Assembly: GCA_965222935.1 (NCBI GenBank)
Contig: CBDCVA010000001.1
Coordinates: forward strand, 132,093 to 196,092
Direction of reading: 5' to 3'
DNA: 64,000 bases
Source of the DNA: Candidatus Latescibacterota bacterium
Lineage (GTDB): Bacteria > Latescibacterota > CBDCVA01
Both the position numbers and the translations under genes were made by a program. The notes under the pieces are model-generated. The model was given only the letters and a program-made list of their open reading frames with translations, had not been told where the DNA came from and made no database searches. The first letter of the stretch is position 1; every line of letters starts with the position of its first letter. Positions 47,409 to 56,876 of this stretch are shown piece by piece.

Positions 47409-50006
47409 TTAAAGCTCAAACGTGTAGCTGTATTTCGCGTACCAGAACGTGCCGCCAAAACCAAACGGGCTGTACTCACCGAAGGGTCTGCCAACGATTT
47501 CACCCGGGTCACCGCCGTCTGCAACAGAGTAATTATCAGGCTCGACAGAGAGGAGATTTTGAACGCCAAGTGATACCGTCGATTGGGCAGCGAGTGAGAG
47601 GGTGGATTCGAGGTCGAGCAGGAATGAGCTACCGAAGACCTGGTGACCTATGGACCATTCATCCCAGTAATCGTAATAATGGACGCGCCCCAGTACATTC
47701 CAGTTCTGGGCCAGGGCTTGTGTCAGGGAGATATTCCAGCGGTGTCTGGGAAGGCCCTTCTCCAATAACGTGATGCGCGTTTCGTCGAGATGTTCAGGGT
47801 TGTATCGGGTGACTTCGGTGCCCGTGTAGTTATAGGCGAGGCTCAGTCCACCTGTGCCTACCGGAGTTGTGAGAACGACGTCGATGCCCTGGGTGTCGGT
47901 TTCAAAGTCGTTGGTGAAGAACCGGAATTCCTGCAGGTTTCCCGCCTCTTCTATGCCCGCGGCCAACAACAACTCAACCTGTTCGGGCGTAAGCTCCTGA
48001 TCGCTGGAGGTAGCCATGCGATCTTCCACCGTGATATTGAAGTAGTCGATCGTCAGATTTAATGCGTCATTACTGACGACGGTACCCACGGTGAAGTTCT
48101 TTGACTTTTCAGGTTTGAGAGCCTCGCCGCCTACCTCTGCGGCTGCTGGATGGGTAGGAGGGATCGTGCCTTTGTTCACCAATATGAATCTGCCTTCTGA
48201 ATCTTCGCCGAATTCAGTCGTTACGTTGAAGGTATTTTGCTGACCGGGGGTCGGCGCCCTGAAACCGGTGCTGTAACCGCCGCGCACTTTCAGTTCGTCG
48301 GTCAAACCATAGTTGGTCGCCAGCTTGTAGTTGGTGGTTCCACCGAAATCATCGAAGTTTTCATGGCGCAGGGCGGCGGCAAGCAGCCAGTTGTCGAGCG
48401 GGGTGACATCAGCTTCGATATAGGCGGCCTGGTTGGACCGATCCCATACGCCTGCGGTGAGATTGCTAAAGCCATTGAAGCCATTGGACCCTGAACTAAA
48501 GCCCTGGGAGGCCATAGAGCGATTTATTTTGAAAGACTCTTCTTGCCCCTGCACAACCTCGAATTGCTCCGTTCGATATTCAAGGCCCGCGGCGAGGAAC
48601 ACCTGCTCGTTCACCGGATAAGCAGCGTCAAGATTGAAATTGGTATCTGTCTGGATGTAGTCTCCGGGATCGAAAGACGTCGGCGTGTCGGGACCGAGAG
48701 AAGCGTTGACGGTGTTGAAAATGAAGAAGTCGGATGCGTGACGTCCGTGATACGCACTTAGATCCAGGGTGAGCAGTTCCGCAAACGTTCTCTTCAGACC
48801 CACCAGAAGGCTCCGGTCTACCGTATCCGCGCCGAATCGGGGCGTGAAGCCACCGGGAAAGAGTTCCTGGAATGTGAATAGATTGGGGTCATCGAAAACC
48901 TGTTGCAAGGCAACGGGGTCCGGAACGTGGTCGGTGATGGTGACCACGGGAACTTCGGGTTTGTCGCCTTCCTTATCAATATCAAAACTCAGATCGCCGA
49001 CCAGTAACGTCTTGCCCTCGTCATTACTGAAGACGCCGGGGCGCGTATTGGGATTGCGGTAATAGAACCCGCCTTCCACTTGCTTGCTGGCGAAGTTGGC
49101 GTGGCCATAGAGCTTGATGTCATTGTAGATGTCGGCGCCGTAGTTGGCGAAGAATTTCAGGTCGTCTCTAATGAAGGGTTGGCCCCAGATTTGCGCTGGA
49201 TCGGCCACATGCGTATTCCCCGCGGCAACCAGAGCAGCGGCATCAACCCGCTGTATGGAGCGGATGGTCTCATCCGTATTGCCATACTCCAGGCTGAGAT
49301 TGGCCCAGGCACTTCTACGGCCCAAACCGATATTGCCAGCGAGCGCATACGCGAGCCCATCGCCTTCCTGGAAAATGCCGGGTTTGATTTCAAGGGACCC
49401 TTTTTCGTGGCTGTCCTTGAGCTGGAAATTCAGCACGCCGGCAATGGCGTCAGACCCGTACTGTGCCGAGGCGCCGTCGCGCAGTACTTCCACCCGTTTC
49501 AAGGCGATTGACGGAATGGCGGCTATGTCCGGACCCTGCGAACCATCGGCTATGCCGTTGCCCAGCCAGTAGATCACGGAAGCGCGGTGGCGGCGCTTGC
49601 CGTTGACGAGCACCAACGTGTGGTCGGGGGCCAGCCCCCGCATATTGGGAGGGCGGACGACCGTTGCCGCATCGCTGATGGGCTGAAGACTCACGTTGTA
49701 GGAGGGCACGGCATCCCTCACCAGATCTTGTAGATCCTTGCCGCCCTGCTTGACGAGATCGCTGACTTGAACAACATCGATGGGTACTGCCGAATCGGCG
49801 ACAGAACGCGGCTTGGCGCGGGAACCGAGCACGACCGTTTCCATCTCGATCACGTCCTGCGGCATGGGTGCGACAGACGTTGAATCCGCGCCTTCGGGGT
49901 GCTCAACCTCCTGCGACACGGCCACGGTCGCGACGCTCATGGAAAACAGCAACGCGATGCCTAGCGGAAGGAGGGAAAGTTTACGATCCGGATTCTTGGG
50001 GTTCAT
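47409..50006 (-). CDS. TonB-dependent outer-membrane receptor
   Basis: Signal peptide, plug domain (…VVLGSRAKP…, …LRDGASAQYGSDAIAGVLNF…), and about 22 beta-strands with an aromatic-rich C-terminus. Confidence 0.85.
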   Translation of the reverse strand: MNPKNPDRKLSLLPLGIALLFSMSVATVAVSQEVEHPEGADSTSVAPMPQDVIEMETVVLGSRAKPRSVADSAVPIDVVQVSDLVKQGGKDLQDLVRDAVPSYNVSLQPISDAATVVRPPNMRGLAPDHTLVLVNGKRRHRASVIYWLGNGIADGSQGPDIAAIPSIALKRVEVLRDGASAQYGSDAIAGVLNFQLKDSHEKGSLEIKPGIFQEGDGLAYALAGNIGLGRRSAWANLSLEYGNTDETIRSIQRVDAAALVAAGNTHVADPAQIWGQPFIRDDLKFFANYGADIYNDIKLYGHANFASKQVEGGFYYRNPNTRPGVFSNDEGKTLLVGDLSFDIDKEGDKPEVPVVTITDHVPDPVALQQVFDDPNLFTFQELFPGGFTPRFGADTVDRSLLVGLKRTFAELLTLDLSAYHGRHASDFFIFNTVNASLGPDTPTSFDPGDYIQTDTNFNLDAAYPVNEQVFLAAGLEYRTEQFEVVQGQEESFKINRSMASQGFSSGSNGFNGFSNLTAGVWDRSNQAAYIEADVTPLDNWLLAAALRHENFDDFGGTTNYKLATNYGLTDELKVRGGYSTGFRAPTPGQQNTFNVTTEFGEDSEGRFILVNKGTIPPTHPAAAEVGGEALKPEKSKNFTVGTVVSNDALNLTIDYFNITVEDRMATSSDQELTPEQVELLLAAGIEEAGNLQEFRFFTNDFETDTQGIDVVLTTPVGTGGLSLAYNYTGTEVTRYNPEHLDETRITLLEKGLPRHRWNISLTQALAQNWNVLGRVHYYDYWDEWSIGHQVFGSSFLLDLESTLSLAAQSTVSLGVQNLLSVEPDNYSVADGGDPGEIVGRPFGEYSPFGFGGTFWYAKYSYTFEL

Positions 50007-50219
50007 CAGAAAACTCCTTATAGCGCTTGATAGCGCTTGAGATGGGCCCATTCATCACGTCGCACGTGAACGCAGCGCCTACCAAGAAAACGATTTTTCC
50101 TTTCGGGGGCAAGGGCAAATGCGTCCGAAAAGTAGGCCGAGTCGATTCTCTTCAACTCGTGGTGCTTCCGGCGCGAGAAGCGGCTCCTTCAGGTTGGGAC
50201 TGGCGGGTTCAGCCTTCAC

Positions 50220-50306
50220 ATGGCGGAGGGCCAGGGATTCGAACCCTGAAGGGCTTGCGCCCGGCGGTTTTCAAGACCGCTGCCTTACCGGTTAGGTCTA
50301 GCCCTC
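50220..50306 (-). tRNA. tRNA-Ser (anticodon UGA), 87 nt, class II with long variable arm
   Basis: Minus-strand read GGAGGGC…GCGGT-CTTGAAA-ACCGC-(CGGGCGCAAGCCC)…CAGGGTTCGAATCCCTG-GCCCTCC-G-CCA. 7-bp acceptor stem, G73 discriminator, encoded CCA. Confidence 0.85.
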
Positions 50307-50325
50307 CACTGGCCCCGATCCGGGC

Positions 50326-51621
50326 TTATGCCGAATCTCTCGTCGCCACGGCGCGCAGCGCCTCGCGCGCTGCCTCGATGCTCCGGTCGATATCGTCTTC
50401 GGTGTGCGCCAGCGAGACAAAATTCGCCTCGAACTGGGAGGGAGCAAAATAAACGCCGCCCTCGATCCCCTTCCAGAAGTACGAGGCGAACGCTCCGCCG
50501 TCGGGGGCCGAGGCCGATGCGAAATCGGTCACGGGGTCCGCCGTGAGAAACACGGTGAGCATCGAGCCGACGCGATTGATCACGACGGGGAGGCCCAGAT
50601 CAGCGGCTGCTCCGGTGATCCCCTCGGCGAACCGCTCCGCCATGGCGTCGAGCTGTTCGTAGGCATCAGGCTCTCCCAGTGCTGTCAAGGTCGTGTGCCC
50701 TGCGGCCATGGCGAGGGGATTGCCCGAGAGCGTCCCCGCTTGAAACACCTTACCGACCGGCAGCATCTCGGCCATCAGGTCCCTCCGGCCACCGAACGCC
50801 CCTACGGGTAAGCCGCCGCCGATGACCTTGCCGAGCGTCGTCAGGTCCGGCAGAATGCCGTAGAGCGCCTGGGCACCGCCAGGATCGACTCGGAAGCCCG
50901 TGATGACCTCGTCGAAGATCAGGATGGCGCCGTGGCGCGTCGTGAGTTCTCGAAGCGCCTCCAGAAAGCCCGGCTGCGGCGGAACCACGCCCATGTTGCC
51001 GGCGATGGGTTCGACGATCACGCCCGCGATCTCGTCTCCGCGCGCTGTGAACGCCGTCCGTAAGGCTTCGGCGTCATTGTAGGGTAGGATCAACGTGTCC
51101 TGCGCCGCTGCTCGGGTGACGCCGGGGCTATCGGGTGAGCCCAGTGTTGCGGCCGATGACCCCGCCCGAATCAGAAGCGCATCCACGTGGCCGTGGTAGC
51201 AGCCCTCGAACTTCACGATCAACTCACGTCCCGTCGCTCCGCGCGCCAGGCGGATGGCGCTCATCGTGGCCTCGGTCCCCGAGTTCACCATCCGCACTTG
51301 CTCGACGGACGGCACCCTGTCGCAAATCAACTCGGCCATCTGCGCTTCGAGCGCGGTCGGTGCCCCGTAGCTGGTGCCCCGCCTGGCTGCGCTCTCGACG
51401 GCTTCGATAACGCGCGGGTGCGCATGGCCGAGGATCAGCGGTCCCCAGGAGCAAACGTAGTCGATGTACTCGCGGCCTTCGACCGTCCGTATACGCGAGC
51501 CCTGTGCGGAGGCGATGAACAGTGGCGTCCCACCCACGGCCCCGAAAGCGCGGGCTGGGCTGTTGACCCCTCCGGGAATGACGCGCTGGGCGCGAGCGAA
51601 GAGTTCGCTCGAAGACGGCAT
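50326..51621 (-). CDS. hemL: glutamate-1-semialdehyde 2,1-aminomutase
   Basis: Full-length GSA-AM with the PLP-lysine region (…[12 protein letters not shown]…). Confidence 0.9.
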   Translation of the reverse strand: MPSSSELFARAQRVIPGGVNSPARAFGAVGGTPLFIASAQGSRIRTVEGREYIDYVCSWGPLILGHAHPRVIEAVESAARRGTSYGAPTALEAQMAELICDRVPSVEQVRMVNSGTEATMSAIRLARGATGRELIVKFEGCYHGHVDALLIRAGSSAATLGSPDSPGVTRAAAQDTLILPYNDAEALRTAFTARGDEIAGVIVEPIAGNMGVVPPQPGFLEALRELTTRHGAILIFDEVITGFRVDPGGAQALYGILPDLTTLGKVIGGGLPVGAFGGRRDLMAEMLPVGKVFQAGTLSGNPLAMAAGHTTLTALGEPDAYEQLDAMAERFAEGITGAAADLGLPVVINRVGSMLTVFLTADPVTDFASASAPDGGAFASYFWKGIEGGVYFAPSQFEANFVSLAHTEDDIDRSIEAAREALRAVATRDSA

Positions 51622-51722
51622 GGTGGGCGCGGGCAAGATAGGTGAGCTAGCCCGGCGGTGTCAAGGCGGCGCGGTCTACGAATCCGGCAACCCGCGGCGC
51701 TGCGATCCGTTCAAAGAATGGT

Positions 51723-52478
51723 ATGGGCGCCCCTGCTGTCACATGGAAGCTCTTTCGCCTATCGTTGATCTGGATGGGTGTGGTTCTCATGCTCGGCGCA
51801 AGCGGGGGTTCTACCGTGCGCCGGGAACCATCGGCCTTCGAGCGAGCGATGGCTCTGTACAGGCAGTGGGATTTCACCCACGCCCGCGCAGCCTTCGAGC
51901 AAGTTCCGCCCCTCGACGCCTCCTACATGGAAGCTCAAGCTCGGGCGCAAAGCGCGGCGATCAACCTTCGTCGCCGCGTCCGGGTCTTTGCGCGACCTCT
52001 GGAAACGCTCGGCTCCGTCGCATCCCGCGCACTGGGCGACCCCGCTTTCGCCTCCCGGCTCGCCACCTTCAACCATCTGTCGGCCGATACCGTTTTCGCC
52101 CGGGGCACCCTCCTGTACATGCCCATCGTTGAGCGGCAACTCGCCTTGAGCCGGGCCCACATCCGCGACGGCCAGGATTTCGAGGCGCTCGACGAGCTTC
52201 AGTATGCCCGCGAAATCGATCCGAGCCATATAGAGCTTCTGGCCCTCACGCACGACACCGAGCGCCGCGTCAGCGATGCGGCTGCCGAGCGCTATAGCGC
52301 GGGGGATGTGGCCGGCGCCGTGGCGGTCTGGACGCGCATTCCCACCGGTCTTCGAAGCCCTCGGACCCAAAAGGCCCTGAATGCTGCCCGCACCGTGTTC
52401 CTGCACGAACGGATCAAAGCGGCGAAATCTACGATGGAGGGCAGCGCCGGTCCAGCCGAACCCGAAGGGGAGGAGTAG
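51723..52478 (+). CDS. exported protein with LysM-like segment
   Basis: Signal peptide. …VFARPLETLGSVASRALGDPAFASRLATFNHLSADTVFARGTLLYMP… fits the LysM spacing. Confidence 0.4.
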   Translation: MGAPAVTWKLFRLSLIWMGVVLMLGASGGSTVRREPSAFERAMALYRQWDFTHARAAFEQVPPLDASYMEAQARAQSAAINLRRRVRVFARPLETLGSVASRALGDPAFASRLATFNHLSADTVFARGTLLYMPIVERQLALSRAHIRDGQDFEALDELQYAREIDPSHIELLALTHDTERRVSDAAAERYSAGDVAGAVAVWTRIPTGLRSPRTQKALNAARTVFLHERIKAAKSTMEGSAGPAEPEGEE

Positions 52479-52484
52479 GTCCGG

Positions 52485-53735
52485 TTACTGGCCGTCGAGG
52501 GCGGCCGCGAGATCGGCGATGATGTCATCGGCGTCCTCGACGCCCAGCGAGAGCCGGATGAGCGAATCGGTGATGCCCAGCGCCGAACGCTCCTCGGAGG
52601 AGAGTTCGTAGTAAGACATCAGCGCCGGCTGCTCGATCAACGTCTCCACGCCCCCGAAGCTCGGGGCGATGGCCGGGATGCGCACCGCATCGACAAAGCG
52701 GCTGCCCGCCTCCAGGTCACCATCGATTTCGAAACTCACCACACCGCCGAAGCCCCGCATCTGCGCGCGGGCGACCTGGTGGTGCGGGTGACTGGGCAGG
52801 CCGGGGTAATGAACGCGCCTGACCCTCTTTTGACCCTCCAGCCACTCGGCGACGCGCATCCCTGTGGCGTTCTGCCGCTCGATGCGTAGCGGGAAAGTCT
52901 TGAGGCCTCGGATGAGGAGGTACGCGCTATGCGGATCGGCCACGCCGCCCAGGATCGCCTGCACGTCACGGATGGCCCCGACCAGATCCGGACCCCCCAA
53001 GACGGCCCCTGCGAGCAGATCGTTATGGCCGCCGAGGTACTTCGTCGCCGCGTGCACCACCAAGTCAGCTCCGAGTTCGAGCGGTCTCTGGTTGTAAGGC
53101 GTCGCAAAGGTGCTGTCGATGATGACCTTCAGCCCGTTGGCCCTGGCGATCTCGACCAGCCTTTTCAGGTCGAGTACGTGCAGATAGGGGTTGGTGGGGG
53201 ATTCGGAGACGATGACGCGCGTGTTGGGTCCGATGGCGGCCTCCAGCGCGGCGTAGTCGCAGGTGTCCACGGTCGCGACAGCGATGCCGAACTTGGGCAG
53301 GATCGTGCTGCAGAACTGGCGCGTGCGCCTGTAGCAGTCGTGGGTCATGACGACGTGGTGGCCGCGCGAAAGGATTGCCAGAAGAGCCGTCGTTATCGCG
53401 GCCATGCCCGATCCGAACAGGAGCCCCTCCTGCGCACCTTCCAGGGCGGCCAGCTTGCGTTCGGCCGCGCGGCAGGTTGGGTTGCCGTAGCGCCCGTACT
53501 CGTAGCGCTCGACCTCTCCCTCCATGTAGGCGCAGAGCTCGCGCGTCTCCCTGAAGGTGTAGGTGGATGTCTGGTAGATTGGGGTGGTCAGTGCGTCCTC
53601 GGGCTTGACCCGGTCCTCGCCAGCGTGGACCGCCACCGTTGAAATGCCCGGGGAGCGCTCATGGGAGCTCCCGTCTCGGGAGGTCCGAGCCTTGGGTTGC
53701 GCTGGTGAAGTGGACGAACCGGTCCGTTCAGTCAT
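52485..53735 (-). CDS. cystathionine gamma-synthase/beta-lyase family PLP enzyme (Cys/Met metabolism)
   Basis: Cys_Met_Meta_PP fold with the PLP-Lys region (…[14 protein letters not shown]…). Translationally coupled to thrC. Confidence 0.8.
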   Translation of the reverse strand: MTERTGSSTSPAQPKARTSRDGSSHERSPGISTVAVHAGEDRVKPEDALTTPIYQTSTYTFRETRELCAYMEGEVERYEYGRYGNPTCRAAERKLAALEGAQEGLLFGSGMAAITTALLAILSRGHHVVMTHDCYRRTRQFCSTILPKFGIAVATVDTCDYAALEAAIGPNTRVIVSESPTNPYLHVLDLKRLVEIARANGLKVIIDSTFATPYNQRPLELGADLVVHAATKYLGGHNDLLAGAVLGGPDLVGAIRDVQAILGGVADPHSAYLLIRGLKTFPLRIERQNATGMRVAEWLEGQKRVRRVHYPGLPSHPHHQVARAQMRGFGGVVSFEIDGDLEAGSRFVDAVRIPAIAPSFGGVETLIEQPALMSYYELSSEERSALGITDSLIRLSLGVEDADDIIADLAAALDGQ

Positions 53736-55146
53736 AGTCAGCGATGCGCTCGCGCAGCACGTCCTGTACTGTGCCGAAGTCGGGCGGCAAGGATACCGGC
53801 TCATTGCGGTAGCGGGCTGCCACCTCCGGCAGACGATTCTGGTGGTACTGCTGCTTAAAGTCGGTGAACTTTAGCCCGTGCGCAGTGGAGATGACGATCA
53901 CCCGATGGTGCCTCCGGATCACTCCGCGATCCACGAGCTTGATCAGAGCGGCCAAAGCCACACCCGTGTGCGGGCAGTTGTACATGCCGGTCAGGTCCGC
54001 ACGATGGGTGGCATTGGCCAACTCATCTTCGGTCACCTCCTCGACGATGCCGTCGAAAGTCATTAGGGTGCGGATCGCCTTCTGAGCGCTGACCGGGTTG
54101 CCGATCTGGATCGCGGAGGCGGCGGTCTTCTGCGCGACCTTCGGGGTGAACGTGCGAAAGTCCTTCAAGTAGCTCTTGTAAAGTGGGTTAGCTTTCTCCG
54201 CCTGGACGCAGACGATCCGGGGCAGCCGGTCGATCAGCCCCAGATCCCGCATCATCAGAAACCCGTTGCCCAGCGCGCTCACGTTGCCGAGGTTGCCGCC
54301 GGGGATAATGATAAAGTCGGGCACCTCCCAGCCGAACTGCTGGACGATCTCGATGGAGACGGTCTTCTGGCCCTCGATCCGCAGGGAGTTGAACGAATTC
54401 GCCAGGTAGATGCGGTTGTCGGAGGTGACTTCCTGCACAAGCTTCATGCAGCCGTCGAAGTCGGTGGCCAGCGACAGCACTAGCGCGCCGTTGGCGATGG
54501 GCTGTACGAGCTGGTCAATGGACACCCTGTTCCGCGGCAAGAACACGATGGCCGGGATGCCAGCGGCGGCACAATAAGCAGCGAGCGCCGCTGACGTATC
54601 TCCGCTCGACGCACATGCGACAGCCTGAATCTTTTGGCCCTGGGCGATCATCTGCTTGACGACCGAGACCAGGACGGTCATCCCCAGGTCCTTGAAGGAC
54701 CCTGTGTGGCTATTGCCGCACTGCTTGACCCAGAGGTCGTCTAGGCCCAGTTCCTTCCCGAAACGATCGGCCCAGAAGAGGTTGGTTCCTCCCTCGTACA
54801 TGGAGACGACGTTTTTGTTCTCCACGATTGGGCAAACCCACTCCTTTTTGCCCCACACCGCACTCCCGTAAGGCCACGCGCTCCGCCTGTACCGATGGCT
54901 GAAGAGCGCCTTCCATTCACCAGGGCTTCGGTCCCTTAGCCGGTCAAGATCGTGGGCTACCTCCAGCAGACCACCGCAGATCGGGCAACGGTAGATGATC
55001 GAATCGAGAGGGTACTCCCCTTCGCATCCTGAGAAACACCGGAACCAGACGCGGTACCGCGCTTTCTCCGCCTCTTCAAGGGTGGCGCGGTCTGCGCGCT
55101 GATGGGAGCCAGGCTCGGTCGTCATAGCCGCAGGGCCTTCATCCAC
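53728..55146 (-). CDS. thrC: threonine synthase (long form with N-terminal zinc-ribbon)
   Basis: N-terminal CxxC…CPICGG ribbon. PLP-Lys motif …[10 protein letters not shown]…. Confidence 0.85.
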   Translation of the reverse strand: MDEGPAAMTTEPGSHQRADRATLEEAEKARYRVWFRCFSGCEGEYPLDSIIYRCPICGGLLEVAHDLDRLRDRSPGEWKALFSHRYRRSAWPYGSAVWGKKEWVCPIVENKNVVSMYEGGTNLFWADRFGKELGLDDLWVKQCGNSHTGSFKDLGMTVLVSVVKQMIAQGQKIQAVACASSGDTSAALAAYCAAAGIPAIVFLPRNRVSIDQLVQPIANGALVLSLATDFDGCMKLVQEVTSDNRIYLANSFNSLRIEGQKTVSIEIVQQFGWEVPDFIIIPGGNLGNVSALGNGFLMMRDLGLIDRLPRIVCVQAEKANPLYKSYLKDFRTFTPKVAQKTAASAIQIGNPVSAQKAIRTLMTFDGIVEEVTEDELANATHRADLTGMYNCPHTGVALAALIKLVDRGVIRRHHRVIVISTAHGLKFTDFKQQYHQNRLPEVAARYRNEPVSLPPDFGTVQDVLRERIADYD

Positions 55147-55329
55147 GAGGTGTTGCTCTCGGAGCGCTCCAATTCAATGCCTTCGCATCGGCGCAACAGG
55201 GGATGTGGCCTCGAGCGGAGGGTGCCCTCCGACGGGGGGTCTGGATGGCATTGCGGAGGATGGCGCGGCTTCACGCCCCGGCGCATCCTTCGGCGGGGCC
55301 GAAGTGGGGAATTGCGTTGGGAGTGGGGC

Positions 55330-55821
55330 TCAGAACCAGCGCAGTGTCAGAAGCATCTGCGGTACCATCTCCGTTGTGTGGTCCGCCAAAGACAAGCCTA
55401 GGTTCAGGCCTATGCCGGTATCCGCCTCCTCGATTTCCTCGTACTCGCCTTCGTTCCACTCCACGGCTGTTCTGTAAGCGTCCCTACATTCCCAGATCGT
55501 CGACGTCGCCAGCCCAACGAGACTGGCGACCGCCATCGCCCGCCCGCGCTGTGTGCTGGCGCCAATGGCCTGGCTGTAGTTGAAACCGTAGATGAACAGG
55601 AATCTTATACCCACGAGGTTCGAACTGCGCTTCCAATCGCCCGCATAGAGGTGGCCTAGTGAGGGGACGATCAGGGGCAGCGCCGCCGCCGTCATCACAT
55701 ACTTCGCCTCGTATTCTTCCCACTCATCCTCTTCCGCCTGGGGACCCTCGCCCGCCTGCGCCCACGCCGTGGGCGTCCAGGTCAGAAGGAACGCGATTGC
55801 TACGATGATGAACCGGTGCAT
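55330..55821 (-). CDS. small exported/outer-membrane protein
   Basis: Signal peptide MHRFIIVAIAFLLTWTPTAWAQA, acidic stretch, C-terminal …LRWF. Confidence 0.4.
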   Translation of the reverse strand: MHRFIIVAIAFLLTWTPTAWAQAGEGPQAEEDEWEEYEAKYVMTAAALPLIVPSLGHLYAGDWKRSSNLVGIRFLFIYGFNYSQAIGASTQRGRAMAVASLVGLATSTIWECRDAYRTAVEWNEGEYEEIEEADTGIGLNLGLSLADHTTEMVPQMLLTLRWF

Positions 55822-55882
55822 TCCATCCCTCCCCGTTTGTTGCTCTCCGAGCTCTTCGATTAGTGTGCGCCTACGGCCTACC

Positions 55883-56703
55883 CTAGAAGAACAGCCGCAC
55901 ACCAGCCGTTGCTGTGATGAAATGCGGCGCGCTCAGGTCGTGGACCGTGTCCGCGCGTCGTGCCCTCTGATCGTACTCTGGCCTGATGAGTTGCCTTTCC
56001 TCTTCCACGTCCATGAAGAGGATGTGGTACCTGCCCTCGACGACGAAGGCGGCGCCTTCGCTCAGGTAGAATTCCAGTCCGCCCCCGAAGTTGACACCGA
56101 GGGGCATACGGCTGCGAAAGTTGACGGTCGGCGATTCCCCGGTCACGACAAAGCGGCTGAGGCGGTCGCTGCCAATCTGGCGGCGCGGAAGGGGGATCCC
56201 TTGGATGCTATCGCCAGGGGCGAACTCCAGGGTCTCCTGAGAGAACGGGTATAACCCAACACCGGCGCCCACGTACGGGTTGACCAGGGATTGAGGCGCG
56301 ACGTTGAGATTGAGCTCCGACGTCAAGGAGAAGATCGAGAGCGAGGCCCCCTCCAGGGGCGTGTCGCGATCATCGCCGCGCGCTTCGAGTTGGTCGCGGA
56401 TGAAATCGTCGTCGCGGCCGAAGAGCCGCCAACCGAAATTCAAGATGGTCCAGTTCCAGCGTGAGCTCAGCTTCCGGCCCCAGCCCACCGTGTAAGCGAA
56501 GGTCGGGTTGTGCCCATCGGTGAAGCCAGCGGGCGCGATCGGAATCCCAGCCCCCGGCGTCAGGCTAGCGAACCAGTCGGAATCGATCTCGGCGAGGTTC
56601 CCTGCCACGCTATCGGAAGTGATACCGCCGACCACGACCAGGCACACGGCTACACAGGCGACGAATCGAAGAGGTCTGTGACCTCGCAGAGTAAAAAATC
56701 GCA
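55883..56703 (-). CDS. outer-membrane beta-barrel protein
   Basis: Signal peptide, alternating amphipathic strands, terminal …GVRLFF. Confidence 0.55.
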
Positions 56704-56876
56704 TGCCCGCACTCCCCTCTCCCGAAGAATCGAAGCGCTCGCAGAGCAAAACGACAACTCGCTGGCTGGGGCTCTCTCAAGCGAGCGCGCACACTCAAGT
56801 TGATAATCATGCACGATTCGAGCGAAAAGTCAACCCGCGCGTCTCACCCCTCGGGAAAACCGGTCATCGATGAGTC

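Noticed and set aside
50220-50306. Possibility that the tRNA is tRNA-Sec
   Set aside because: The anticodon loop CTTGAAA gives anticodon UGA, which decodes UCA and so Ser, not UCA as for Sec. The acceptor stem is 7 bp and the length is 87 nt, consistent with Ser.
55147-55329. SAM/T-box-type riboswitch in the thrC-metB leader
   Set aside because: I could not find the conserved SAM-I or T-box core sequences by eye on the minus strand. Only a GGAGGGCACCCTCC hairpin was seen. Left unsupported; an Rfam scan would be needed.
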